Shown here in pieces: positions 19,110 through 29,367 of a stretch of DNA of 64,000 nucleotides. The notes below the pieces were generated by a model, which did no database searches, had not been told where the DNA came from, and saw nothing but the letters and a program-made list of their open reading frames with translations. The DNA is from Candidatus Cloacimonadales bacterium. GTDB lineage: Bacteria; Cloacimonadota; Cloacimonadia; Cloacimonadales; JAFGVF01. Both the position numbers and the translations under genes were made by a program. The stretch is taken from contig OY759729.1 in assembly GCA_963662585.1 (NCBI GenBank), positions 864,001 to 928,000 of the forward strand, in the 5' to 3' direction. How positions within the stretch are numbered: the stretch's first letter is position 1; each line of letters opens with the position of its first letter.

Positions 19110-19602
19110 AAATTTAATTTATCACAGGAATTTCAAGATCTTTAATTAGCTTAGACACAATTCATCTGCTAGCTACCAATTCACAATCGAGATAATCTTC
19201 CCAATCCGACAGAAGAGGGTTTATTACACTCTTGAATTTACTTTAACCCCCTAGAATTAGAAGAATATAAGTTCTTCATTCGTTTGCTAAAGCTTTTGCA
19301 CTCTTCTGTAAAGCTCTACTGCACCATTCGGATTAAAGAGTTCAATTCTCCTGATAAATAGAAAATGTCAAGAAGACCTGAGAACTTCAATATTGTTTAA
19401 TCTTTAATAATAAACTACTAGGGAGGGTGGTTGAAAGTAGAGCAGTCTCGCTGTCTAAGTTGTATATAGTAGGAATTTTAACACTTACAATCAATTAAAA
19501 TTTTGAGAACAACTTACTTTTTTTATAATAATCATTGACACATATTTCAATCTTTTGTGTTTTTGATTCGACTAACAATAATATTCGAAAAGGAGTAAAA
19601 TA

Positions 19603-21222
19603 ATGGGATTAATACCAATACCTAATAATGAGCCTATTCTTTCTTATGCCCCAGGCAGTCCAGAGAGAAAGGCGTTACAAGCTGAATTGGAAAGAATGTC
19701 AAATGAAACAATCGAAATACCTTTAATTATAGGTGGAAAAGAAGTTAAAACAGGTAAAATGGCTAAAGCCGTTGAGCCACATAATCATAAAAATGTTCTT
19801 GCAAACTTCCATCAAGCTACTGAAAAAGAAGTTAACATGGCAATCAATGCAGCTCTTGCTGCACGCAAACAATGGGCAGCCACTCCATATCAAGTTAGAG
19901 CTGGAATCTTCTTAAAAGCAGCAGAATTAATCTCTGGTAAATATAGAGCTAAAGTAAATGCAGCTACTATGTTAAACCAATCAAAAAATGCTTTCCAATC
20001 CGAAATTGATTCAGTTTGTGAATTAATAGATTTCTTACGCTTCAATGCAAAATTCATGGAAGATATCTATGAAGCACAGAGACTTGAATCACCAGTAGGA
20101 ATGTGGAATCAATTAGAATATCGTGGTTTAGAAGGATTTGTTTTTGCAATCACACCATTTAACTTCACTTCTATTGGTGGAAATTTACCAACTGCTCCAG
20201 CAATGATGGGTTGTGTTTCAGTTTGGAAACCTGCATCAACTTCCGTATTCTCTAATTATATCATAATGAAGATATTGGAAGAGGCAGGATTACCAGCTGG
20301 TGTTATCAACTTCATCCCTGGTCGCGGTGCTGATGTTGGTGATTCAGTTATCCAACATCCAGAACTTAGTGGTGTTCACTTCACAGGTTCAACTGGTGTA
20401 TTCCAAAATATATGGAAAACTATTGGTAACAATATTGTAAATTATAAAACTTACCCAAGAATCGTTGGTGAAACTGGTGGAAAAGACTTCATCGTAGCCC
20501 ACAAATCAGCCGATATTGATGCTTTAATTACTGCTTCAGTTAGAGGTGCTTTTGAATTTCAAGGTCAAAAATGTTCAGCACTTTCAAGAATTTACATTCC
20601 TGAATCACTATATCCACAATGGATTGAAGGTTGCAAAAGAGATTTAGCGACTATGAAAATGGGTGGTGTAAAAGACTTCACAAACTTCATTAATGCAGTT
20701 ATAGATGAAAGAAGCTTTGACAAAATTACTCAAGAATATATTGAGTTTGCTAAAAAAGCTGATGATGCTGAAGTTGTTGCTGGTGGTGAATATGATAAAA
20801 CTGAAGGTTACTTCATCAAACCTACTATTATCAAAACTACCAACCCTCAATTCAAATCAATGGTGGAAGAAATATTCGGACCTGTCTTAACAGTTTTCGT
20901 TTATGAAGATGATAAATATGAAGAGACTTTAGAGTTATGTGATCAGACATCTATGTATGCACTAACTGGAGCTCTTTGGGCTCAAGATAGATATGCGATT
21001 GACTTAGGCACAAAAGCTTTAGTTCATTCAGCAGGTAATTTCTATATTAACGACAAACCAACTGGTGCTGTTGTAGGTCAACAACCATTTGGTGGTTCTC
21101 GTGCTTCAGGTACTAACGATAAAGCTGGTTCTCTCTGGAATCTTATTCGTTGGACTGCTGTTAGAACTATCAAAGAGACTTTTAACCCACCAACAGATTA
21201 CAGATATCCTTTCTTAGGATAA
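19603..21222 (+). CDS. pruA: L-glutamate gamma-semialdehyde (P5C) dehydrogenase
   Basis: PFNFTSIG, FTGST, GETGGKDF, FQGQKCSA and QQPFGGSRASGTNDK motifs. Confidence 0.95.
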   Translation: MGLIPIPNNEPILSYAPGSPERKALQAELERMSNETIEIPLIIGGKEVKTGKMAKAVEPHNHKNVLANFHQATEKEVNMAINAALAARKQWAATPYQVRAGIFLKAAELISGKYRAKVNAATMLNQSKNAFQSEIDSVCELIDFLRFNAKFMEDIYEAQRLESPVGMWNQLEYRGLEGFVFAITPFNFTSIGGNLPTAPAMMGCVSVWKPASTSVFSNYIIMKILEEAGLPAGVINFIPGRGADVGDSVIQHPELSGVHFTGSTGVFQNIWKTIGNNIVNYKTYPRIVGETGGKDFIVAHKSADIDALITASVRGAFEFQGQKCSALSRIYIPESLYPQWIEGCKRDLATMKMGGVKDFTNFINAVIDERSFDKITQEYIEFAKKADDAEVVAGGEYDKTEGYFIKPTIIKTTNPQFKSMVEEIFGPVLTVFVYEDDKYEETLELCDQTSMYALTGALWAQDRYAIDLGTKALVHSAGNFYINDKPTGAVVGQQPFGGSRASGTNDKAGSLWNLIRWTAVRTIKETFNPPTDYRYPFLG

Positions 21223-21241
21223 TCCCTGTTAACTTAAATTT

Positions 21242-21270
21242 AAGAGACTGAGCAATCAGTCTCTTTTTTT
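21242..21270 (+). terminator. Intrinsic terminator
   Basis: AAGAGACTGA-GCAA-TCAGTCTCTT followed by a T run. Confidence 0.85.
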
Positions 21271-21345
21271 CTTAGAATTATTTATTGACATTATTTTGTT
21301 TCTTATCTATTATTGTTTTTAATTAATAAACTTCACTGGAGCATT

Positions 21346-21876
21346 ATGAAATTTCTTTACCAAGTATTTGCTATAGCTTTGATTATCTTAGCAATAAGTT
21401 GCAATAAACCTAACAATGAAAACACTCTTGAGCAGATAAATCTTAATTATGATTCCCTCTTAGTTGAATCGATTGTTCCTGTTACCTCTGATTTCAAGGT
21501 AGCAAAACTGATTGATTGGGAAATTGATGCCAGCGCATCCCAAGATAAAAAGGATATGCTCTATTTTAATAATGTTAATCACTATGGAATGATAACTGTC
21601 AAAGCTTATAGTGACGGGAATTTCCCAACTTACCTTGAAGAAACGCTAAAGACTTTTGAAGGTCTTACTATGGTTTCAGAGAGTATTTTTACTTATTCCA
21701 ATAAAACATATCATCAGTATTTTCTAAAATCAGAAGGATTCATTGTGTTAAAAGCTATTATAGAAATTGATGATACTAACTATTTAGATACAAATTTTTT
21801 AATTGTTGAGAGTAAATATCCGGAAATATCACACATGATAGAGACTTATTTAGCCTCTATTGCAATTTTAAACTAA
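21346..21876 (+). CDS. Hypothetical lipoprotein
   Basis: GGAG RBS, then MKFLYQVFAIALIILAIS-C lipobox. Confidence 0.65.
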   Translation: MKFLYQVFAIALIILAISCNKPNNENTLEQINLNYDSLLVESIVPVTSDFKVAKLIDWEIDASASQDKKDMLYFNNVNHYGMITVKAYSDGNFPTYLEETLKTFEGLTMVSESIFTYSNKTYHQYFLKSEGFIVLKAIIEIDDTNYLDTNFLIVESKYPEISHMIETYLASIAILN

Positions 21877-21885
21877 GGAGAAGAG

Positions 21886-22179
21886 ATGAAAAAAATATTT
21901 ATGACTACTATGATTGTTATTATGTTATTAAGTTTAGTTGCTTGTTCTACCCATATCCATAAAGTTGGAAATGGTGCTCAAGGCAATAATGTCCAAACTG
22001 CTCGCCAATGGTATGTTTTATGGGGATTAGTTCCTATTAATGAAGTTAATACCAACCAAATGGCTGCTGGTGCAACAAATTATGAAATTAAGACAGAACA
22101 AACTTTCATCGATGGTTTGATTACTGCTTTCACTTCAACTGTTACAGTATCTTGTAGAAGCGTAGAAGTAACAAAATAA
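21886..22179 (+). CDS. Bor/Iss-like small lipoprotein
   Basis: LVA-C lipobox; RQWYVLWGLVPIN...YEIKTEQTFIDGLI pattern resembles the Bor family. Confidence 0.6.
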   Translation: MKKIFMTTMIVIMLLSLVACSTHIHKVGNGAQGNNVQTARQWYVLWGLVPINEVNTNQMAAGATNYEIKTEQTFIDGLITAFTSTVTVSCRSVEVTK

Positions 22180-22207
22180 TTTCTATAAAAACAATTCCGT
22201 GATATTT

Positions 22208-22236
22208 AAAGGCTGATTATTTGATCAGCCTTTTTT
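22208..22236. terminator. Bidirectional intrinsic terminator
   Basis: AAAGGCTGATT..GATCAGCCTTTTTT between convergent genes. Confidence 0.75.
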
Positions 22237-22252
22237 CATATCCATAGATTAT

Positions 22253-22870
22253 CTATTTATAAAAAAATTGCCCCATTCCAGTAATAAATACAATTAAACC
22301 TAAAATAGAATGTTCAATAGTAACTAGCATCAAAGAGCGTCTTTGCTGATAGTTACGAGTAAATACTAACCCAGAAAGTAAAGTAAGAAGAATTGCTGGA
22401 ATATTGTTATAGATAATATGAAGAAAACTAAAAGCAATCATATTAGATATTAGTAATTGCTTAGTAGTGAAGATGTTTTTATATCTTTCAAAGTAAAAGG
22501 TCCGATATATTATCTCTTGAGGTAAGGCAGAAACTAAGGGGTAAAATATTGATATGATGATCATTAGTTGGGGTCTTTCTCTAATTAAGATAAAGGCTTT
22601 CTCATCTAAAAAAATAATTATGTATCCCAGAAATACTGTAAAAGAGCCTAAATAGATTATTCCCATTCTGCGCCAGTACTTAAAATCTAATTTCGGTATT
22701 TTATACCAATTTCTATCCAAATATCCCAATCTTATTGATAAAAATAAGACTCCTACTAATACTATCAGCAATAATATTAATCGTGGCAAGGGGATTATGT
22801 TGAATTTCATCAACAAAGGAAGAGCGATAAAGAGAATAATTAATTCTAGAATTTTCCATACCTTAGACAT
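22253..22870 (-). CDS. CPBP (CAAX/Abi) intramembrane protease family protein
   Basis: Multiple TM helices with QEIIYR, FSFLH and EHSILG motifs. Start placed at MSKVW with GAGG RBS. Confidence 0.75.
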   Translation of the reverse strand: MSKVWKILELIILFIALPLLMKFNIIPLPRLILLLIVLVGVLFLSIRLGYLDRNWYKIPKLDFKYWRRMGIIYLGSFTVFLGYIIIFLDEKAFILIRERPQLMIIISIFYPLVSALPQEIIYRTFYFERYKNIFTTKQLLISNMIAFSFLHIIYNNIPAILLTLLSGLVFTRNYQQRRSLMLVTIEHSILGLIVFITGMGQFFYK

Positions 22871-22980
22871 ATTTGACCTCAATGATTTATTATTTAATAT
22901 AACGATAATCATTTTTTTTGATTTGACAAAGATTTGAGGTTAATTTAGTTGTGAGAAAATAATAAATATGAGGTAATCTA

Positions 22981-24081
22981 ATGAGGGATTATTCTGAGAT
23001 TATAAAAACATTGCAGGCTAATATCAATGTTAAACATCAAGTTTTAGTTGGCTTCGATGGCTTTGTAGATGAGATTTGCCAAGTTGTCGAAGAGAGATTA
23101 ACTGCGACTAAATATAGACCAGTAAAAACTATAACCGACTATTCCAATAAAGTTGGTAAATATGCTGGACTAAGCATGAATATTGAAATAGTTCCGACTA
23201 TGATCAAGCTGGGAGGCAATGCACCTATAATGGCTAATTGCCTTTCAGAACTAGGTAATACTATAGACTTCATTGGGGCAATTGGTGAAAATGAAATTCA
23301 TCCCCTTTTCCGAGACTTTTCCGAAAGATGTCGGAACTGCTTCTCTATTTCTGATCCTGGACACACAGATGCTTTAGAATTCACTGATGGCAAGATTATG
23401 CTGGGAAAGATTGAACCAATGGACAAGGTTAATTGGGATAATATAATCTCTTATATTGGAGAAGATGAACTAGAAAAATTAGTTAAGGAAAGTGAGTTGT
23501 TAGCTTTCAACAATTGGACCCTTATCTTCGGAATGAATAGTATTATAGAAGGATTTACTGAAATATTAACTAAAACAAAGCATAAACCATTTATTTATTT
23601 TGATCTAAGTGATCCGACAAAAAGAGATAGACAAGATATCAGAGAAGCAATTTATTATATAAGCAATATGCAAAAAGTAGGTAAGGTAATTTTAGGACTC
23701 AATAAGAATGAATCTGATTTAATCTCCCAGATTCTTAAGAAAAAAGAGTCTGATTTAGCAGATAGAGCTTTAATGATTAAAGATTCACTAGGAATCTATG
23801 CTTGCGTAATTCATGATATCAAAGGAGCAAGTTGTGGTTATGAAGATAAATCTGCTTGGTTGGATGGTCCTTTTACCCCAAAACCAAAACTATCAACCGG
23901 AGCAGGAGATAATTTCAATGCTGGTTATTGTTATGGACTTCTCAGTGGATTATCACCTAAAGAAGCACTTCTAACCGGAGTATCTACTTCAGGTTTCTAT
24001 GTTAGAGAAAAACATTCCCCGTCTTCACAGGAATTACTGAATTTTATCAGCACATTCATCAATAATGAGATTAAGGAGTAA
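22981..24081 (+). CDS. PfkB-family carbohydrate kinase
   Basis: LGGNAPIMA and STGAGDNFNAG signature. Confidence 0.8.
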   Translation: MRDYSEIIKTLQANINVKHQVLVGFDGFVDEICQVVEERLTATKYRPVKTITDYSNKVGKYAGLSMNIEIVPTMIKLGGNAPIMANCLSELGNTIDFIGAIGENEIHPLFRDFSERCRNCFSISDPGHTDALEFTDGKIMLGKIEPMDKVNWDNIISYIGEDELEKLVKESELLAFNNWTLIFGMNSIIEGFTEILTKTKHKPFIYFDLSDPTKRDRQDIREAIYYISNMQKVGKVILGLNKNESDLISQILKKKESDLADRALMIKDSLGIYACVIHDIKGASCGYEDKSAWLDGPFTPKPKLSTGAGDNFNAGYCYGLLSGLSPKEALLTGVSTSGFYVREKHSPSSQELLNFISTFINNEIKE

Positions 24082-24084
24082 ATC

Positions 24085-24537
24085 ATGAAGAAATTAGAAC
24101 GCTATCAACGAATTGCTTCCCAGCTTGAAGATTTGTTTAAAAAGACAGATAATTTATCAGCTAGAATGGCAACGACCTGTGCTATCTTGCATCATAAATT
24201 TAATTACTATTTCTGGACAGGATTCTATTCGTTAATCAATGAAAAGTTAATTGTGCAAACTTATCAAGGACCTGTAGCATGTTTAGTTTTACAGAAAGAT
24301 ACAGGTGTTTGTTGGGCTGCTCTAAACGAGAAAAAAAGTATAATAGTCCCTGATGTTGAGAAATTCCCAGGACACATAGCCTGCGATTCCCGCTCTAAAT
24401 CAGAGATCGTTCTACCTCTTTTCAAAGGAAATGAAGTGATTGCAGTTTTAGATATCGATAGTAAAGAGTTAAACTCTTTTGATGAAGAAGATAAAGAGGG
24501 ATTAGAGCTGATCTTGAAATTAATCATGGAAGTATAG
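24085..24537 (+). CDS. msrC: GAF-domain free methionine-R-sulfoxide reductase
   Basis: WTGFY, YQGPVAC, GVC, PGHIACD, SEIVLP and VLDIDS motifs. Confidence 0.82.
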   Translation: MKKLERYQRIASQLEDLFKKTDNLSARMATTCAILHHKFNYYFWTGFYSLINEKLIVQTYQGPVACLVLQKDTGVCWAALNEKKSIIVPDVEKFPGHIACDSRSKSEIVLPLFKGNEVIAVLDIDSKELNSFDEEDKEGLELILKLIMEV

Positions 24538-24560
24538 AAAGATAAAATAAAGGAAATAAT

Positions 24561-26684
24561 ATGAAATTATACATTGTGACTTTCTTCTTATTCTTGTTTC
24601 TTGCCTTAAATGGAACAAGCATTAAAGAAGTCTATGATAATGCCTCTTCCAATGGACTTTACGATAAAGAATTAATCCTCAATACTGGAGAAATCTACAC
24701 GGGATCTTTGCTAATTGGAGGACTTTACAACCATATTCCTGGCACATTTACCGATACTTTAGGGGCTAATGTGAATATCATTGGAAATGGAGCTGTTATT
24801 GATTTGCAGGGTGGATTCATCACTATTCAATACACTGACAAGAGATTAGATATTTCTGATTGTGTTATTATTAATGGGGGTGTCAAATTCCGAGGTTCTA
24901 CTGAAGGAACTAATCTTATCCCTCAAGGCTCTGTTTCTTTCGTAACTTTCTATCAAGCTGAAGATTATGCAGTAAGAATACATTCTGCAGGAGAAGGGAT
25001 TAGTATTAATAATAATATTTTTGTCGATACTTATGGAAGTGGAGATGATTTTGTAAATTATACTAGCGAGACTTTAGAATGGCTTCCTACAGGACATAAT
25101 CTAATCACAAGCATTTTTGTTGAGACATACGGGTATCCTAACATCAGTGATAACTGGTCATATTTTAGTGATTGGCGATTAAATGATGATCTTATAAATC
25201 ATTATGGTCTCTTCTGCGACTATGGCTGAGTTGAACCTCAGGCTTGGCTGGATGCCAACTCTTACAATAATCTTGCAATGACAGATCCCCAACTAACAGA
25301 TGCAGAGAATGGTGATTTTTCTCTTGCTCCTGATAGCCCGGCAATAGGTTACGGATGTCAAACATTTGGCCCTCTAGTAAAATATCCCCCAGCTAGTAAT
25401 ATTACCAGAGATTTAACTCCTGATAACCGAACTACTTTGTCGGGAACAATCTCAGAATCTATACTATTAACAGCTTTAGATATCCAAGTTACTGATAATG
25501 TGTTAGTAGAGGATGGTATTACTTTAGCCTTTACACCTGGAGCAAATATTACTTTTAACGAATTCTATCATATTGAAGTTCAAGGTACTATTCTTGCCCA
25601 GGGAACCGCTAATGAAAGAATTACTTTCACTGCTGCAGACCCCTATCTTTTCACTTATGATGATGATTTAGCAGGAGCTTGGAATGGCTTTAAATATTTC
25701 AATACTAAAGACACAAATGAAAGCTCTCTATTTACTTTTGCTATTTTCGAATACACTAAAGCAATAGACTCTGAATATCCTGGATTTACAGATGCAGGAG
25801 CTGTTTTTCAAGTTTATGCTTTTGATAAACTAAGAATTGAAAACTCTATTTTCAGAAATAATTATGCCAATTATGGTTCTATATTAGCTCTTAATAAAGA
25901 CTCTAACATAACTTTCATTAACAATCAAGTTACTGATAATAAAGTTGCTATGGGTGGAAGTCTTGCCTTAATTAGCTACTCTAATCCTAGAATAGTGAAT
26001 AATACTATTATTAATAATGAAGTTTTAAATCAAGATGATTTTCACTCTACAGGCGTTATAGAATCATATATTTCTAAACCAATAATCTATAATAATATTA
26101 TCTACCAAAACAGTGATAACTTCTTTGAAGAACACCAACTCTTCTCTGCTAAAACTTATCATACTCGTTTTAATGGACTAGACTTCCCATTTGGGACAAA
26201 TAATATATTAATATCAAACCTTAATTTTAGCTTTAATGACCTTAATATTTATCTACCTACTGACAATACTCAGATAATCGATTCTGCAAGTCAGGAACTT
26301 CCCTTTAGTTTAGAACTTCCTCAATATGATATCCTCGGAAATTTACGAATTTATAATAACCAACTTGATATGGGAGCTGTAGAATTACAGTCTGTAAGCA
26401 ATGATGATGTTAGCCAACTACAAACTGTTAATCTGTCTTTGTACCCCAATCCTTTTAATCCTGAGATTACCATAGAAATGCCTAAAGATATGCCTGAAAA
26501 AGCTACTCTTACAATCTATAATCTAAAAGGACAAATAGTAAAGACTTTTCATGAACTTGATAATTATAAGCTTGTTTGGTCTGGTCTTGATAACCAAGGG
26601 AAAAAAGTCACTTCTGGTATCTATCTCTTTAAGTATGAAACGAAGAGCTTTTCTGAAATCAAGAAGGCTTTACTCATAAAATAG
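24561..26684 (+). CDS. Putative secreted parallel beta-helix protein with in-frame UGA (candidate selenocysteine at residue 223) and C-terminal FlgD-Ig/T9SS-like domain, 707 aa
   Basis: The two track ORFs share a frame with only TGA 25227-25229 between them. The signal peptide is only in part 1 and the sorting domain only in part 2. A SECIS-like hairpin lies downstream. The alternative reading is two separate genes. Confidence 0.65.
25241..25260 (+). promoter_or_regulatory. Candidate bacterial SECIS hairpin
   Basis: GG[C]TTGGC-TGGAT-GCCAACT: the stem starts 12 nt after UGA and the apical loop, 19 nt after UGA, has G at its second position. Confidence 0.5.
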
Positions 26685-26716
26685 GCATTAAACACTAATT
26701 TACATAAAACAAAAAA

Positions 26717-26738
26717 GAGGCTGAATTTCTTCAGCCTC
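26717..26738. terminator. Intrinsic terminator between convergent genes
   Basis: GAGGCTGAA-TTTC-TTCAGCCTC preceded by an A run, which is a T run on the minus strand. Confidence 0.8.
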
Positions 26739-26758
26739 GTATGTAGATTTGATTATAA

Positions 26759-26929
26759 TTATTCAGAAATTGCACTTACAGGACATGTAGAGATACATGC
26801 ACCGCAGTCAATACAAGTTGCTTCATCAACAACTGCTTTGTCATCAACCATTGAAAGTGCTTGAACAGGACATACATCAACACAAGCACCGCATCCAATA
26901 CAAGTAGATTTATCAATTTTAACTGCCAT
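26759..26929 (-). CDS. 2[4Fe-4S] ferredoxin, 56 aa (below the ORF-track cutoff)
   Basis: MAVKIDKSTCIGCGACVDVCPVQALSMVDDKAVVDEATCIDCGACISTCPVSAISE has two CxxCxxCxxxCP motifs; GGAGG RBS. Confidence 0.95.
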   Translation of the reverse strand: MAVKIDKSTCIGCGACVDVCPVQALSMVDDKAVVDEATCIDCGACISTCPVSAISE

Positions 26930-26998
26930 AATAGGCCTCCTAACATTTTTTATATTTTATTTTTATTTATTTAGTATCTCTGTCAAGAAATAATTGAA

Positions 26999-28033
26999 TT
27001 AAATATTTAAGGGAAGACTAACTTTTTCACCTGATTTTGCAGATTTGTATAAAGCTTGAATTATTTCTAAGGATTTTCTGCCACATCTTCCATCAGTAGA
27101 AGGTTCACATTTACCTAAAAGAACATCGATCACATTGCGATAATAAGGAATATGACCAAAGCCATAGACACTAGTTGTTGAATAACTTGCATCTTCTATT
27201 AATTTATCATCATCATCATAATCCTCAAAATCCCATTTTTCAATCTTATTGATAGCAACACCACCAATTTTTACAGTACCTTTTTCACCAAGAATTGTGA
27301 TTGAGCCTTCAAAGTTTTTAGGATAAGTAAGCATTGTTACATTCATAGTACCAATAACACCATTTCTGAATTTAATAATAACAGAACCAGTGTCTTCTGC
27401 TTCAATATTTCTTTCCATAGTAGCTGTTTCAGCCATCACTGAATCGACATTTCCAATTAACCAATACATAGCATCTACATAATGACTGGCTTGATTCATA
27501 AAAGCACCACCATCAAATTCCCAAGTACCTCGCCATTTAGCTAAATCATAATAGCTTTGTGGTCTAGTCCAGAAAACATTAGATTGAATCATATAGATTC
27601 TACCAAAACGACCTTTATCAATAGCTTTTTTAAGAAGTTGCATTGTAGCATTAAGTCTATTTTGTTTCACCACAAAAAGATGAACTTTATATTTATCGCA
27701 AGCCTTGATAAGTAAATCAGCATCTTTGATATTAATGGCCATTGGTTTTTCAGAGATAACATGCAAGTTTCTTTTAGCAACCTCAATACCGATTTGAGGA
27801 TGAATACCACTAGGAGTACAAATCGCCACAGCATCAAGTTCTTCTTTTTCTAACATCTCTATATAGTCTGTATAATAGCTTTCTAAATTGTATTTTTCAC
27901 AAGCTTCTTTAGCTCTTTCTTCAATAATATCACAGCAAGTAACAAATTGAGCTTCTTCAATTTGTTTAATTGATTCAAAATGGTTTTTAGAAATTCTTCC
28001 ACAACCAATAAGACCTAATCTAATATTTTTCAT
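26999..28033 (-). CDS. Gfo/Idh/MocA oxidoreductase, WbpB/WlbA-like UDP-GlcNAcA 3-dehydrogenase
   Basis: GCGRIS, EKPMA, VVKQNR, WRGTWEFDGGAFMNQASHYVD and SVYGFGH motifs. Confidence 0.8.
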   Translation of the reverse strand: MKNIRLGLIGCGRISKNHFESIKQIEEAQFVTCCDIIEERAKEACEKYNLESYYTDYIEMLEKEELDAVAICTPSGIHPQIGIEVAKRNLHVISEKPMAINIKDADLLIKACDKYKVHLFVVKQNRLNATMQLLKKAIDKGRFGRIYMIQSNVFWTRPQSYYDLAKWRGTWEFDGGAFMNQASHYVDAMYWLIGNVDSVMAETATMERNIEAEDTGSVIIKFRNGVIGTMNVTMLTYPKNFEGSITILGEKGTVKIGGVAINKIEKWDFEDYDDDDKLIEDASYSTTSVYGFGHIPYYRNVIDVLLGKCEPSTDGRCGRKSLEIIQALYKSAKSGEKVSLPLNI

Positions 28034-28213
28034 TGATACTCCTGTACTAAAATTACTTAGTTTAAAATAATAAAGTTAATTTCCAAATATTTGTCAATAG
28101 AATTTTTAATAAAAATGATTATCTTTTTAAATATTTGGTTTTATTCTTAATTTTCTTGACAAAACTTAGCAAAATTTATCTCTTAATTCAATAAATATCT
28201 AAAGGAATTTTAA

Positions 28214-29365
28214 ATGAATATAATATTTTGGGGCGCTTTAACACTTCTTTTCTACCATATAGTATGTTATCCTATTCTAGTAAAGATTCTCTCCCTCTTT
28301 GGTAAAAAGATAGAATTAAATAAACTTAATGATTTTCCTAAAATAACAGTTCTGTGTCCTGCTTATAATGAAGAATCTGTATTGGCTGCTAAATTAGACT
28401 CTTTTATAGGATTAGATTATCCTAAAGATAAGATAGATTTGATAGTTATTTCTGATGATTCAGAGGATAGGACAAATGATATAGCTTTAGAATATGCCTC
28501 CAAGTATAACAATATTTCTTTGAGAGTACAAAAGCCTCGCAAAGGCAAACCAAGTGGACACAATATGATTGAGCCTGACTTAAACTGTGACTTCGTTCTT
28601 TCCACAGATGCTAACTCAATTTTTGCTCCTGATGCAGTAAAGCACTTAGTTAAAACCATACAAAGTGACCAACAGATAGGTTTAGTAACAGGACAATTAA
28701 AATATACAAGTAATAGTGGTCATAGTTCAGGTGAAGGCGCTTATTGGAAATATGAAAATTTCATTAAAATGTGTGAATCAAAGCTCAACTCCATTATTGT
28801 AGCAAATGGATCTATCTTTCTTATTAAAAGGGAACTTTTTACCCAAATTCATCCTGCCTCAACAGATGATTTTGAAAGAACTCTGATTACTTTAGAAAAT
28901 CATAAAATTGCCAAATTCGAGCCACTAGCTATTGTGGAAGAAGAGGTATCTCAAGAGAGTAAAGAAGAGTTTAGAAGGAAAATAAGAATCATTTCAAGAG
29001 AATGGGATGCTGTTAAAAGACACAAAGTGTTATTCAATCCAGTAAAATATCCTTATGCTTCTTTCGCTTTAGTGTCTCACAAAATTTTAAGATGGTTATT
29101 CTTTTCCTTTGTTATTTTAATGCTAGTTTCAAATGTATTCTTGGCGCTTTCAATGAATAAATTCTATCTTATAATTTTAGCATTACAGATACTTTTCTAC
29201 CTTATCGGAGCTTTAGATTTTGTAGTTAAGAATGGTAATCCGCTCAAGAAAGCAACTAAATTACCAGGTTACTTTATGATTATGATTGTTTCTAGTATGC
29301 TTGCTTTTTTCAGATTCTTAAAAGGCAACCAAAAAGCAACTTGGTCAACAATAAGAACAAGTTAA
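28214..29365 (+). CDS. GT2 glycosyltransferase with C-terminal TM helices
   Basis: PAYNEE, SDDSED, TDANS, YWKYE, TDDF and RKIRI motifs. Confidence 0.85.
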   Translation: MNIIFWGALTLLFYHIVCYPILVKILSLFGKKIELNKLNDFPKITVLCPAYNEESVLAAKLDSFIGLDYPKDKIDLIVISDDSEDRTNDIALEYASKYNNISLRVQKPRKGKPSGHNMIEPDLNCDFVLSTDANSIFAPDAVKHLVKTIQSDQQIGLVTGQLKYTSNSGHSSGEGAYWKYENFIKMCESKLNSIIVANGSIFLIKRELFTQIHPASTDDFERTLITLENHKIAKFEPLAIVEEEVSQESKEEFRRKIRIISREWDAVKRHKVLFNPVKYPYASFALVSHKILRWLFFSFVILMLVSNVFLALSMNKFYLIILALQILFYLIGALDFVVKNGNPLKKATKLPGYFMIMIVSSMLAFFRFLKGNQKATWSTIRTS

Positions 29366-29367
29366 TC

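Noticed and set aside
19330..19355. tRNA-like T-loop GAGTTCAATTCTC
   Set aside because: No acceptor, D or anticodon stems could be built around it.
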